Shown piece by piece: positions 12,560-26,070 of a stretch of DNA of 64,000 nucleotides (position 1 is its first letter; the number at the start of each line of letters is the position of its first letter). The stretch lies in NCBI RefSeq assembly GCF_009914755.1, contig NC_060926.1; one strand, 5' to 3'. The position numbers were made by a program, and so were the translations under genes. The notes under the pieces were generated by a model. It did not search any database, was not told the DNA's origin, and saw nothing but the letters and a program-made list of their open reading frames with translations. Origin of the DNA: the human T2T-CHM13v2.0 reference genome, Homo sapiens.

Positions 12560-13760
12560 TTCCTTCCTAAAAATCCCCTGCTCCCTTGAGACATATGCCA
12601 TCAGGCTTTACCATCCCTCTTGCTTCTTCTCTGAGCCTTCTACAGATAACCCCTCCTTTTGTCCTCCTCCGCATTCATAGACGAGTTTAGCAACTAATTC
12701 ACCATCTTCATCTTCCTTCCTGTTACTACTTTAGCCATTTCAACATCTGCATAGCGGGCCATTTCAAAACTAGATCCCTGACTTTCTTCTTTGGCCTCCT
12801 CCTTTTGGTCATCCTCTTTGGTCTTACATTAGATACCCATTCCTGCAGTAACACCCAGTTCTTCTAAAATCTGGACATCTAGCATCCCATTCTGAGGTCA
12901 CCACCCTCTCCTTGCAGCTCCCCGTTCCTCCTCCCTCATTGGTCGCTCTTCATCACTGAGCTGCATCTCTGTGTTTGGACATCCGAGGGCCCCACGGCTC
13001 CATCCTCAGGCCTCTTTTCCTGTCTTTCCCGTCTACATCCCTGCCCGGGTGAGCTCATTTGGCTTCCAGTGTTAATGGTAACAGCATGTAGATGGGATGG
13101 CCTCTCACCTTGTGAGCTCATTTGGCTTCCAGTGTTAATGGTAACAGCATGTAAATTGGATGGCCTCTCACCTTGTGAGCTCATTTGGCTTCCAGTGTTA
13201 ATGGTAACAGCATGTAGATGGGATGGCCTCTCACCTTGTGTCACCAGGCCACCCTCACGAGCCCATGCTTGTTGTCGGCATGGCAATCTGCACACCTACC
13301 CTAGGGCTTCTGAGGGACATCCATGTCATGGACAGTGCTGCTCAAACGACTGTTCAGGACAAAAGTCTGGAAGCGTCTTTGACTTCTTTCTTTCCCTCCC
13401 TCATTCCCTGCCTCCCTTCCTTTCTCCCATCAGATGCTTTGGGAGGTACCTTCAATATCTGTCAGGTTTCTGTTTTTCACTGCTTTCACTGTTCCTTTAG
13501 GGAACTTGGGCGGCTCGGCCTATGGAAACAGTGAAGGCAGGGGGAGCTTCACTGTTATTGCTTGTGCAGAGCAGTGAGCATGTTTGTGGAGCATGTTCTT
13601 TCTCCGTACATTCTCATGTCCTGCTTGCTCATTTCATCCAGGACTCACTTAAAATATCACGTCTTCAGAGAGGCCTTAAAGACTAAGAAAATAGCACGTC
13701 CTTTCTTTACCTGGTTGTATTTTATTGTAGCTCTTATCACTAACTGATGGCATATATATA
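12560..13760 (+). mobile_element. L2 fragments (EN, RT and 3' regions)
   Basis: Degenerate matches to the L2 GDFNIH/SDH regions, the PQGS.LGP region (~12985-13015) and the 3' region (cttcagagaggcctt...tttattgtagctcttatcac). Confidence 0.6.
13049..13240. repeat. Tandem repeat, 63 bp x 3
   Basis: Units start at 13049, 13112 and 13175. Copies 1 and 3 are identical; copy 2 differs at two bases. Confidence 0.97.
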
Positions 13761-13769
13761 CACACACCC

Positions 13770-13875
13770 ACACACATATAGATACATATGTACACACATG
13801 TGCACACATAGATGCATATATACACACGTATACACATACATGCATCTATAGATGCATGTGTGTGTGTGTATAGAT
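13770..13875. repeat. (CA)/(TA)/(TG) low-complexity tract
   Basis: Direct inspection. Confidence 0.85.
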
Positions 13876-14299
13876 AAATACTCAGACTGCAAAGTTCTGA
13901 AGGTTTTGAGTGGTTGTCACTGACTCTTTTTTCTCATAAGCCTTTTTATTGTAGTGATTTCAGCTGCTGCTATTTTAGAGCCTTTATTTAACAAGGAGTC
14001 ATCTTACATAATCTTAAAAAATCACCAACAGGATCCTTTTCTATATTGATAGACACACACTTGGTGAAAGAAAGAAATGAATAAAATAATGTCTTTAATG
14101 TATGTTTTTGCATCAGGTTGACTTTCTCAGGTTATTCTGAACCATTGAGTCTTTTGTTCATAATTTGAAGTAGCATCTGTGTTCCGAGAAAGGTGTAAAT
14201 TAATTAATTGTATTGAAGTTACCAGACAAGCACACTGTTAGGAAATGAGAAGCCTCATCCTATCCTTCAGTATATCAGATTTTTTCAAGTCACACACAG

Positions 14300-14301
<2 letters not shown>

Positions 14302-14339
<38 letters not shown>
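14302..14339. repeat. (GT)19 microsatellite
   Basis: Perfect dinucleotide run. Confidence 0.97.
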
Positions 14340-14340
<1 letters not shown>

Positions 14341-15652
14341 ACTGAGGGCCAGGTGCGGTCTATAGGTTCCTACATAGTCTGAGCTCCTTGACAGCAGAGA
14401 CCACATCTTATTCACCTTGTTGTCACTCCTATGTGCTGTCTGAGCACATGGTCGGGGTGCAAGAAAAGGTTGAGTGCGTGAACATTTACTACAGATATTT
14501 CTGCTAAAACCCAGTACGTACATTCCTGGTGTTCTATAAAAACAGGTACTAAAAATGTGAGGGCTTCTTGAGTATTGAGGGACTGACCACTCCATACCGG
14601 TGTGGCTTTGTAACCAGAGTATATGAAGAACAATTCTTGATACCTGGGTACACATGCAGCTTGGCTGGAGGCTGTTAAAAATATGGATGACAAACAACCA
14701 AGTGAAATGCTATGGCACTTCATTAGCGCCCATTTGCTGGTGCTGAGAAAATGCGGATGCCAGTCAGCTGTGTGACCATGGGCCACTGTCCAGGTGGGGA
14801 CAGGAGGCTTTGCAACCTGCCAACAGCCCAGGAGCCACACTGGGCTCCCAACACACCCCTCTGGGCAGGAAGCTCTGTGGCCAGGCTCTCTTTATAAATC
14901 TTTTTATAATGCAGCTGGGAAAGGCTTCATTTGCCAGTGCACCAGCTGAGCAGAGAGCTTTTCTTCCTGCTGGAGGTTATAATTCTGTTTACAGGCTCTT
15001 CTTACCTGGGAAAAATGGCAGAAGCTGTAGTAAAAGACACTATATTGTCTTTTGTTTGAAGGCTCAGAATTTATTGCCAAGTAAAGGCAGAGAATAGATT
15101 TGCAACAAAGTGGATACCATTTTCTGGAATGGATATCTAGATGCTGCTCAGGACTGAGGAGGAACAGCTTTCTGGAGGGGAGAGGCTTGCTCTGTGCACG
15201 GCCAGGTGATGTTTGGAGGCTGGGTCAGGGCTCTCGGCTGGCGGAGACATTGGCATTAAAGGCTTTAGCTTGAGCAGCCTGGTCCTGAATGTTGCAAAAA
15301 AATTAGCATCCTCAGGCTGCATGTGGGCAATGCTTGCTATTTTAGTAAAGGAGCAGTAACGAGGGAATATCTACCAAAAAGATATATGGGCCTGTCCACC
15401 AGGCTGTGTCTTCTGTCTGGTCAGATGGAAACACTGCTCCTCTATTTCTCTGCTTTGAGAAAACTAGGATGGCCCTGCAGAGGCAGAGGGGGAGAGAGAA
15501 AGAGGCAGTTGAATTTGTTCTTTGCTTCCCGGACAGAAATGCCTAAAGTTAAGCAGAGTTTACATGTAGTGTTGCAGTCCTGATGAACAAAAGCTATACT
15601 GAGAAAGAGAACATTTGGGAAAACCTGGAGTAATCCAGACTTCGTCTTTTAA

Positions 15653-16006
<354 letters not shown>

Positions 16007-16009
16007 TCT

Positions 16010-18060
16010 TTCTTTCTTTTTAAATAGTAGTTTTATTAAAATGGAATTCACATAGCATAAAAGTCATCGTTTTAAAGTACACCATTCTGTGGTTTTTAGT
16101 ATAGTCACAGAATTTTGTAACCAACATCATTATCTAATTCCAGGGTCTTTTCAGTACCCTCCAAAAATCTCTGCATCCCTTAGCACTCACTTCTTATTCT
16201 CTCACTTTCCAAGCTTCTGAAAACTGGTGATCCACTTTCTGTCCCTATGGATTTCTGTTCTCGACCTTGCATGTGAGTGGTTTCATATAATATATGTCCT
16301 TTTGTGTCTGGCTTCTCTCTCTCATCTGGCACAATGTTTTCAGCATTTACCCATGCTGTAGCATGAATCAGTACTGCATTCCTTTATGTGGCCAAATCCA
16401 TTGCATAGATTTGCCTCAGTCTTTTTTTTTTAGACATTCACTAGTTGATGGACATATGGGTCGTTTTCACTTTTTGGCTATTATGAATAATGCAGCTGTG
16501 AACATTCCTGTATAGGTTTTATTGTGGAGATATATTTTCATTTATGTTGGGTGTTTACCTAGGTGTGGAAATGCTGGGCCATATGAGAACTCTATGTTCA
16601 ACACTTTGAGGAGCTGCCAAACTATTTCCTAAAGCAGCTGCACCACTTTACATTCTCCCCAGCAATGTGTAAGGGTTCACATTTCTCCACATTCTTGTCT
16701 ACACTTGTTATTATCTGTCCTTCGATTCTAGCCATCCTAGTGGGTGTGAAGTGGCATCTCATTGGAGTTTCGATTTGCATTTCCCTAATTGGTTAGTCAT
16801 GTAGAGCAATTTTTCTTGTGCTTATTGGCTATTTGAATATCTTCTTTGGAGAAATGTCTATTTAAATCCTTTGCCCATATTTACATTTGGGTTGTCTTTG
16901 GATTGTTAAGTATTCTTCATATATTCTGAATCCGAGGCCTTTATCAGATATATGATTTGCAAATGCACTTTTGCATTCTGTGGGTTGTCTTTTTACTCTC
17001 TTGATGGCATTTTTGACATGCAAACATTTTTAACTGTGATGAATTACAATGTATCTATTTTTTCTTGTTTGAGCTTTTAGCACCATATTTAAGAAACCAT
17101 TTCTTCATCTGTGATCACAAAAATTTACTTTTATGTTTTATTTGTAAGAGTTTTATAAATTTAGCTGTTATATTTAGGTCTATGATTCATTTGCTGTTAA
17201 TTTTTGTGAAAGGTTTAAGGTCTGTGTTTAGATTCAGTTTTTCAGCACTATTCGTTGAAAAAAAAAACACTATCATTTACCCATTGAAATGTCATGATAC
17301 TCTTGTCAAGAATCAATTAACCAGAAATGTAGATGCTTACTTTTGGACTGTCACTTCTAATCTATTAATCCATATGTCTGTCCTTATGTCACTATTACAC
17401 TATCTTGATTAATATAGCTTTATAGTAAGTTTTGACATTAAGAAGTGTAACTCCCCCAAGTTTTTTTTCTTTTCTAGGTTCTTTTAGCTACTAAGAGTCT
17501 CTTGGATTTCTGTGTGAATTTTAGGATCAGCTTGTCAATTTTTATTGAAAAAAGGCAGCTGTGATTTTAATAGCAATTACATGTAATCTATTCACCAATT
17601 AATCAATCTGTTAATATATTAGTTTGGAAGGTGTTGCTATCTTAGCAACATTGTCTTCCATCCACGAACATGGGATGTCTATTTTTTAGGGCTTCTTTAA
17701 TTTCTTTTAATGATGTTTTGGTAGTTATTAATATACAGATCTTACACATCTTTTGTTAAAGTTGTTTCTAAGTATTCTTTCTGATGCTATTCTAAATTAT
17801 GTTTCTTATAATAACATATAGTTGTTACTCATTCAACCAATTCCTGCCCTTGAATGGAGTGTTTAAACCATTTAGCGTAATTACTGATAACGCTGAATTT
17901 ATGTCTGCCATTGTACTATTTGTTTTCCATGGATCGTAATGTTATTTGTGTTCTTCTGTTCTTCCGTTTTGCCTTCTTTTTCATTAGTTTATTTTTATCC
18001 TCTTTTAATTTTATTTTTATTTTATTATATACTTCTGAGTTATTTTTCTCATGATTGCCC
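16010..18060 (-). mobile_element. L1MB-type 3' UTR and ORF2 remnant
   Basis: Antisense L1MB 3' end (attcacatagcataaaa...ttttaaagtacaccattctgtggtttttagtatagtcacag), continuing through ctagccatcctagtgggtgtgaagtggcatctcatt. Confidence 0.88.
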
Positions 18061-19528
18061 TGAGAAGCAAGCGTTTCTGTGGACTTGCACCTCTCTCTAT
18101 AGGAGACTCACTGGGCAAAGCTGAATGGCTGTGATTGAAAAGGAGGGGACAGAATGAAGATCGAGGGACAGTTTGTTATCTCAGAATTGTCTGTGTTGAT
18201 GGATTTATTCATTAACTTCTTGGTGGATTTTTTTTTAACATAGTAAACCTCAGTTTTTTCTCCAGTTTACTATTATGCTTCACAACTGTCTGACTGGATA
18301 AGATTTCTAATGTCAGTAGCCTTTCCTCTGGGCTTGAAGAAAGGCTTTGTGCCCTGCTCCTCTCCTCCCTGCTCCTCTAACTGCCTGTGTTCTTCTCTTG
18401 TTTCTTAGGCATCCAGTACCCTGCTGACTCTGACATGCCCCCAGCCTCCCCCAGCTCTGCAGGGAGCCCTGGTGCCAGAGACCTTCTCCCATTTCTCCCT
18501 ATGGGTGCCTGACCTGAGGGCAGAGACATCTGAGTGTGTATAAGCACAGCAGGACACCAGGACCTGGCCTGAAGACATTTCCTCTCCTCCCCTCTGGATT
18601 TCTCAGAGGTAACTTTGAATTCGGAAAATGAAGGCTTCCCAACGTTCATTGATCTCTTCTTAGTGGAATCTCAGGCCATTGTTGGAAAAGATAGTAGGCC
18701 TGCCTGGGTGGATTTTTCTATACCTGTTAAGCCATACCATAAAGGCAATTTTCTAGTAGGTTTCCCCGGAATGAATTTTAAGATAGTGTTCAACACATTA
18801 TTTTATGCCATCATAGTTGTTTATACTTTGGAAAGATTTCCAGGTTTATTCATTTGCTGCTTTTAACAATCCTTGGAGTCTCCTGTTTTAGATCTCCCTG
18901 ATTCACTAGAGAACACGTGGATTGAGCTCCTGCGTGTGCCAGGCACAGCTCTAACTCAGAACTCAGTGAGGCAGCACCAGTGCCTGCTCTCACGAAGATT
19001 CTGTGTTTGTGAGGAATACAAGTGGAGGATGGGGGTAGGGACAGTCAGGAAGAGACAGACAATTCTCATTTGACAGTAGCCGGAAGCAAATTATATACTA
19101 TGCAACAAGGCCTAGACATTGTAGAGAAAAGAAAAAGTAGACCATGTCTAGTACGACGGGGCAGGTTGCAGTTTTAAGTGGAGTGGTCAGGGAGGTCTCT
19201 AAAGGTGAAATTGAACATGCACTTTAAGGAGGCGCAGTAACTAGCCACTTGGCATCTGGGCAAGAGCGCTGTAGACAGAAGGGCTGGTGGCTGCAGCATA
19301 CGGACAGCTGGAGGAGCACCCAGGCCAGCCTGGCTGGAAGGACTCAGCACAGAGCTGTGAGCTGGGACTGGGCAGGGCATAGTGGGACCTGGCTGTGCCT
19401 GCCATTGCAGGCTGTGGGGGAATTCTAGGTTCATGATGGGATATCAGTGTAGGGTTTTAAGCAGAGAAGCAGGGTCTATTTCATTTTAAATGGCTTACTC
19501 TGGCCTCTACATTGAGAATAAACTGTAG

Positions 19529-19894
19529 AAGGTGGAGGAAAGGGTAGAATCCGGGAGACCATCTTGGAGGATATTGCAGATGGCAGAGGACAAGGCTACA
19601 GTCCAGGAGACCATCTCAGAGGACATTGGAGAGAGTGAAGGATAAGGGTAGAGTTCAGGAGACCATCTCAGAGGACACTGCAGAGGGTAGAGGACAAGGC
19701 TAGAATCCAGGAGACCATCTCAGAGGACGTTAGAAAGGGCGGAGGACAAGGCTAGAGTCCAGGATACCATCTCAGAGGACGTTGCAGAGGGTGGAGGACA
19801 AGGGTGTAAAATCCAGGAGACCATCTCAGAGGACGTTGGAGAGGGCGGAGGACAAGAGTAAAACCCAGGAGACCATCTCAGAGGTCATTGGAGA
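19529..19894. repeat. Minisatellite, 52 bp x ~7
   Basis: Anchor ga(g/t)accatct at 19555, 19607, 19659, 19711, 19763, 19817 and 19869. Confidence 0.95.
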
Positions 19895-20077
19895 ATTTTA
19901 CTTTAGTAATCCAGACAAGAGAAAGTGGGGCACACTCTGCAGATAGCAGTAGCAGCAGCAGCAGGGAAAAGTGGCCACATTCTGGATAGTCTGAAGAGAG
20001 AGCCCTTACCATGTCCTTCCAGAGTGGTTGTGAATATGAGGAAAAGGGGAAAGTCTGTAATGACTCCAGGCACTTTA

Positions 20078-20447
<370 letters not shown>

Positions 20448-22636
20448 TTTGAAAAAGAGATTCAAAGTTCAGTTTTGAACTTGCTGAGTGTGAGAAGATT
20501 ATAAGCCACCCACATGGAGACACCGAGTGGGTGGTCCTATCCAGATCTGATCGTTTAAGAGGGCGGTATGTGCTGGAGATGTGATAGGAGTCTTTGGCCT
20601 CTGTTTGGTATTTCAAGGAATAAGATCAGATGAGATCCCCAGTGAAAGAAGAGAGGAGTTGTAAGGACTGGGCCCTGGGGCATTCTAGCTTCATGAGGAG
20701 CAGAAGAGGACAAGCCAGCAAAGGAGAACAAGAGGGAACAACCAGGGAGGAAGCGGGGGAACCAGGAGCATGGAGAGGACTGAGAATGGAGGCTCGGATC
20801 AGTGCCAGGACCAGTGGTCCAGTGGCTGTGGCCACACAAGCTGGATTGGAGAGAAGAATGCAGGGGAGGAAGTGGAGACAGGGATTGTAGACAACTCAGT
20901 TGAGCTTTGCGGCAAAAGGGAGCAGAGTTTGAGGTGGTATCTGGTGGGGTAAATAAGCTTAGGAGAATTATTTTTCAGTTGGAAGCATTATCAGCATGTT
21001 TAGATGCTGATGGGAGTGATTCTGTAGAGAGTGAAATATTGATTGTGTGGGATGGAGGGCTGCTGAAAACACTTCTTGAGTAGGAGAGAGAGATGGGTTT
21101 GTGGAAAAGTGGAGTTACTGGCTTTAGGAGGAACACGGATAGTTACCAGTGGGGATGGACCAAATGACAGATACATGCGTGGGTGGTGCTCGGAGGAGGA
21201 GGCTCTGCAGTTCTCTTCTGATTACCGACCTTTCTTTGTGAAATGGGAGTCAAAGCCAGCATCTGAGCATGCTACATGGAGAGGGATTGGAAGTTTGCAG
21301 AGACCAGGAGGCAGCAGAAAGTCCTCTAGAGAGATGGAGGTGCAGAGCGGTCACCTGAAGCATTCACAGCCCACTCGAAGCTCTGGCTCCAGACTGAAAG
21401 AGCCACTCTGGGTGACTGCATGCTTCTCTAGACAGCCCTGATGGGGAGTTGAAGTGTGCAGGAGGTCAAGGATTGAGTGATCTTTTGGCCAAGCTGAGAG
21501 GGACACAGTGAAAGAATGGCTGGAATTGGTATTGTGTGCCAGGGAGAGAGGATCCTAATCTCAGAGGGCACTGAGACAGGGAAGTGAGGAGAGAGGACAG
21601 CGGGTCTGAGGGAGGAAGGAGCAGAGGAGGAGCCATTGGAGATGCGGGAGGAGGCCGGGCACTATGGGCCTGGGGTGATGGAGAAAGGACCTGCAGTGGC
21701 ACAGGCAGTGATCTGAGGTGGTGTGAGGAACCCGGAATGTGGGGTGTCTGCGGGTGCTGCAAGTTCCAGTGTTCCTCCCAAAGGCTCGGCTTCTCAGTCA
21801 TCCTGTCTCACGTTTTCATGGTCCGTACTTTAAAAGGGCTGCTGGAGAGATCTTCCCCTCCACTTACCCGATTGCCTACTTACCCCTTTGGTGATACTGG
21901 GAAGGCATTGCTAAGGTGTCACGGTTGCATTTCCTGGCTGGGGCACTGTGGCCCAGATGTGGCCACTGTGAAAGTTGCCATTTGAAGTTACCCCTCCCGC
22001 TTTCTCTTCCATTCCTTGGAAGATAAGTGCATTCTAATTTTATGTTTATTTTTTAATCTTAACTTTAACATATTAGGATTATTGCATCTTTCCCTGCAGT
22101 GCTTTTGCTGGCCCCGAGATAGGGTCTCCTCAGGTGTGAGGGAGACATTAAAGAACCCTGGAGAAAACACATCACGAGGCCAAGTAGAATTTTGTGTTCT
22201 CTCTGTTGGCCACGCCCACCTCCCAGGACGCTGTGTTTGGGAATCTGTCTCAAACAAATTCCAAGAACTGTGAAATGGCTTCATATTCACAAAAGAGTCA
22301 TGGTGAAGTGGCCAAAATACTAGAAAATGACATTCCAGCACGAGCAAAGATTTTTTAAATGTTTAGAATTTATAAAGAGAGGTGGTTTTCATGGACTATA
22401 AAGCAGCCTCAATCCAGCCTTCAATGATTGAAGTAGCTAATTTTGAAATACAGGTTTTTGTTCTGTTTTGTTTTGTTTTTCCCAAGTAGGAAATATCAGT
22501 AGTTTAAAAAGAAAAGAAATTGTTGGTTAAAAACTTGGCCTTGGCCATCACTCAGCCTTTGGACCGGCCACGTTTGGGAAACTGCAGCTTTGTGTGGCCG
22601 GCTCGTTGATGGTCTGCTTTTGGCTAGCTGGCCTTT

Positions 22637-22649
22637 AGGGCAAAGGTCA
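22637..22649 (+). promoter_or_regulatory. DR1 nuclear-receptor element (PPAR:RXR/HNF4/COUP-TF type)
   Basis: AGGGCAAAGGTCA matches the AGGNCA-A-AGGTCA consensus, in non-repetitive DNA. Confidence 0.45.
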
Positions 22650-25269
22650 TTTTTAAAGCATGAACTAGAAGCGAAAAGACCGATACCTTGCTCTAGTTCC
22701 TCCTGGTTTCAGAGTTCCTAATTTGTAGAAATGAGCAGTATTTTTAGAAATGGAAACAGAGATGCTCTTCTGAGATGCAGCGGCTGATGGTATTGTTACA
22801 ATCAATCATAACCACATTTTCCACATTTAGCTCAGTTACAGTTTTCTGGGGTTTGTTTACTTCTGTTTTTCAGACTTTGGGCCATTTTCCTCCATATTCT
22901 GTGCTCTAGGCTATGATGTTAAGTCAGTCTGTTGCTGGGTCAGTCTTCTCTGAGCCTTCCTGGTGTTTATACATGCCAAATTGGAGGGAGACGGTCAACT
23001 ACTGGCAAGAGAACAGCAAGTGCCTGTTTTCTAGGGCGGTATAGATTTCTCTAGAAAGATCAAGTCAGCATTTAATGAGCATCCATGATGTGCAAGGTCC
23101 CATGCTTGAGGCTCCCAGGATAAATGAGGAGACACAGGCTGACTTCTGTTTGTAAGAATGTGGGTTTTTTTGTTGACTTTTTTTTTTTTTGGGTAATGTT
23201 GACAAGGTGAGGATGTGGATTCCAGTTCCCAAAACTGGGGCACAGGCCAGAGTAGAACTAAGACAATGAGAAATGGATGCTGACTGTTAGAAGAATTATC
23301 ACAACCAAGGCAGTTTTGAGCCTGCTGTGAGGAAAGAGATGAGGAGAACCTGGGCCCTGGAACAGCAGGGCTGGGGAGCCCCTTGGAGCCTGGAGTCTGA
23401 AGATTTGCCATCAGGAGGAGGTAGAATCTGTCTCCTGGGCAGGGAGAACCATTCAGATGTGTCAAGGGTAGTGATGTGATTCAAAACAAAAGGGTTCTGG
23501 ATGGTTGATTGAGTGATATCATGCTTCTGGGATAAAGGGAAGAAGACCCAGTAGGAAATGTTGGGTCATGAGGCTTAACAAAAACAAATGTATTTTTGTC
23601 CTTATTTTAAACATACAGTTTCTTTTGATTATTCCCAAAAGCCTAACAACAGAACTTCATAGACACATGCATATACATTCATTAAAGAAATATTGTGCCT
23701 GCTCTCAGACTTACAGCTTCATCAATAACTTCTAATTTTAGCTCAATTTAACACTGCCTTATTAAATATTAATGAGAACACCATTAGTATCTTGCCTTTA
23801 TAATTTGTTATAAAATGGGTAACATAATTCAGTCACCTCAATCTTGATTTAAACCTGACCTTACTGATTTTAATGATCTGTTTTATGAGTTGTGTTTCAT
23901 AATTTATCTCAGTGCTTTAAAAATTATTTTTCCTTTTTTCTTTCTCTCTCTAAATATATATGATATAAATAAATATAATACCTATAATTGTATGTACATA
24001 AATATATAGTCAATGTAAAAACATTTCTTTGAATTTAAAAATAAGGTGAAACCTCTTCTGGTAGAACACAGGGCTGACCGATTTGACAGTGAGAACCTCC
24101 TTTGTCTCTTAGGTTATTAGAATCAGCTAAATATACAAATAATATTGACAAACATGTAATTGAAGCATTTTTAATAATAAAATCACGTATTAAGATTTTT
24201 TTCAAGCTCGTTCTTGAGTATATTGACTTAAACAAAGTGCCTCTAAGTGAAAAAGTAATGAGTACAATTATTTATAAAGTCTTAGTATAGTCTCTTGATG
24301 TGTTTCCCAGAAACTGGACTTGAATGACTAATGTCTTGGTTGTACATTATTTACATATCTGGTGGTTCCCAAAGGTTTACTTTTGTGGGAAGATCTGCTG
24401 ATTAAGTTGTCAGCTGATTACTCAGAGTTAGTTTTTTCTTTTATTACTATGTGATTTTTGGCATATATATAGAAGTTCAAGACTTGAGTTTCATTTTTAC
24501 AATGTATCTTCTAGTCCATCTGTGTATGTATGTGAACAAAGTATTGAAGTTATTATAGCTATAAAAGTGAAAAGTTGGAACAAAATTGATCTTGAATTGA
24601 GTCTTATTATACATATAAGTAATATTTATCCATAGATATACAAACTTAAAGAGAAAAAATCCAAATTCTTCTGTTTTTAATAGTTTATTTTTTAGATTTA
24701 AGAAATGTACATTAATTTATATTTATCTTGTTTTTATTAATTATATAATCATTACAATTGCAGTAATTTTTAATAGTTGGAACCTTATGGTAACAAGCTA
24801 TTTCAAAAATTAATACTTTTCTTAATTTTTAAAATCAGTAAAATACTTCCACTGATAAAATATAGACAAGGAATCCTATATTACATTACATGAAGTAAAA
24901 ATTATGTCAGGAGAATAACAATGGTAATATAGGTTCAGAGAGATAAAGGAATGCTATAAAATTTGTGCCCGAGAAGAAAGTTTCTACATATATAAAATTT
25001 AGTGATAGGCCAAAAATTAAATCTTTTAAAACTGACATTGACTTATTTTTTAAAAGGCAATATGCCAGAAGTTACATCATTTTCAGTGATTTGTAGTTCT
25101 ATTGAATTTTTTTGATGGCAACTGGGGGCATGCAAAGGGCCTGAGTAGTTTTTAAAAATTATTTTAAGCCGTATTTAAGCCAAAAAAAGGGACAGCCTCC
25201 GCTGCAGGCCACACAGTGCCAATGAGAGGGTCTGTGGGAAGAGGTGGAGCTCGAGAATCGGTGAGGCCT

Positions 25270-25420
25270 GGCTCTGCCCTGTCCTGCCCACGTGATCTGG
25301 AGAAGCCACTTCCCTCTTGGATTTGTTCATTATACAATGGGAATGGCAGATGCTCTAAGGATCAGATGTATTGAAGGATGGGGAAACTGTTCATAACGTG
25401 TGATCAACATTCAGATGTTA
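25270..25420 (+). mobile_element. MIR fragment
   Basis: ctggctctgccc...gtgatctggagaagccacttccctct...tatacaatgggaat. Confidence 0.55.
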
Positions 25421-25954
25421 GCCACTCACATGTTAGCTACGGGCTAAGAACTAAAAGCACACAAAATGACCACCTGCAGCCCAATCTAGGTCCCGAGGGA
25501 AGAGGGAAGGAGGTCAGTGTGTATAACTGGTGGAGCCATGCTGCACGGTGGAAACTCAGCAGATACAAACAAGATACCAGCAAGCTCTGTTGCTCCCAGC
25601 TGCAAGGAAGACTGGGTGTGGAGATGGTCTACATGTTTTATTCTCTCAGAGGAGAATACTCTGATGGTGCTGCAGGGCTGCAGGAATTTGGGAGATCCAG
25701 ATCTGGCTGAGGGATGTCTTCTGTCACAGCACAGAGAGAAGAGACAGCCTTAGAGGAGGTTGATTTTTATTCTCAAGCTCCTGGAGCCACGCAAGTTTGG
25801 ATCCTGCCCAGAGGTCTAGGGACACATGAAATACCTCATGGTTGCTGCTGACAGCTATCATTTGTTTATCACTTTCATGTTTATAAATGAATTTCCATTT
25901 GCATGGTTATTTTGCTGGCTTAAACAATGTCCCTGTGAGCTGTGGTGCTTCCCG

Positions 25955-26070
25955 TCATCCAGCTGAGAAAACTGAGACTGAACAAGGCTTCCTCAAGATG
26001 AGGCAACGGGCCATTGGTGGAGTTGAAACAAGCCCAGGATGCCCCATTTCCAAATCTCACATTACCTTTC
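25955..26070 (-). mobile_element. MIR fragment
   Basis: agctgagaaaactgagact...aagcccagg, antisense MIR core. Confidence 0.55.

Noticed and set aside
12936-13500. Repeat-protein ORFs on both strands
   Set aside because: Produced by the in-frame 63-bp triplication; no splice context or recognisable domain.
19529-19894. CRISPR-like array (conserved core with variable intervening sequence)
   Set aside because: The apparent spacers are homologous to each other, the context is a primate L2, and there are no cas genes. It is a minisatellite.
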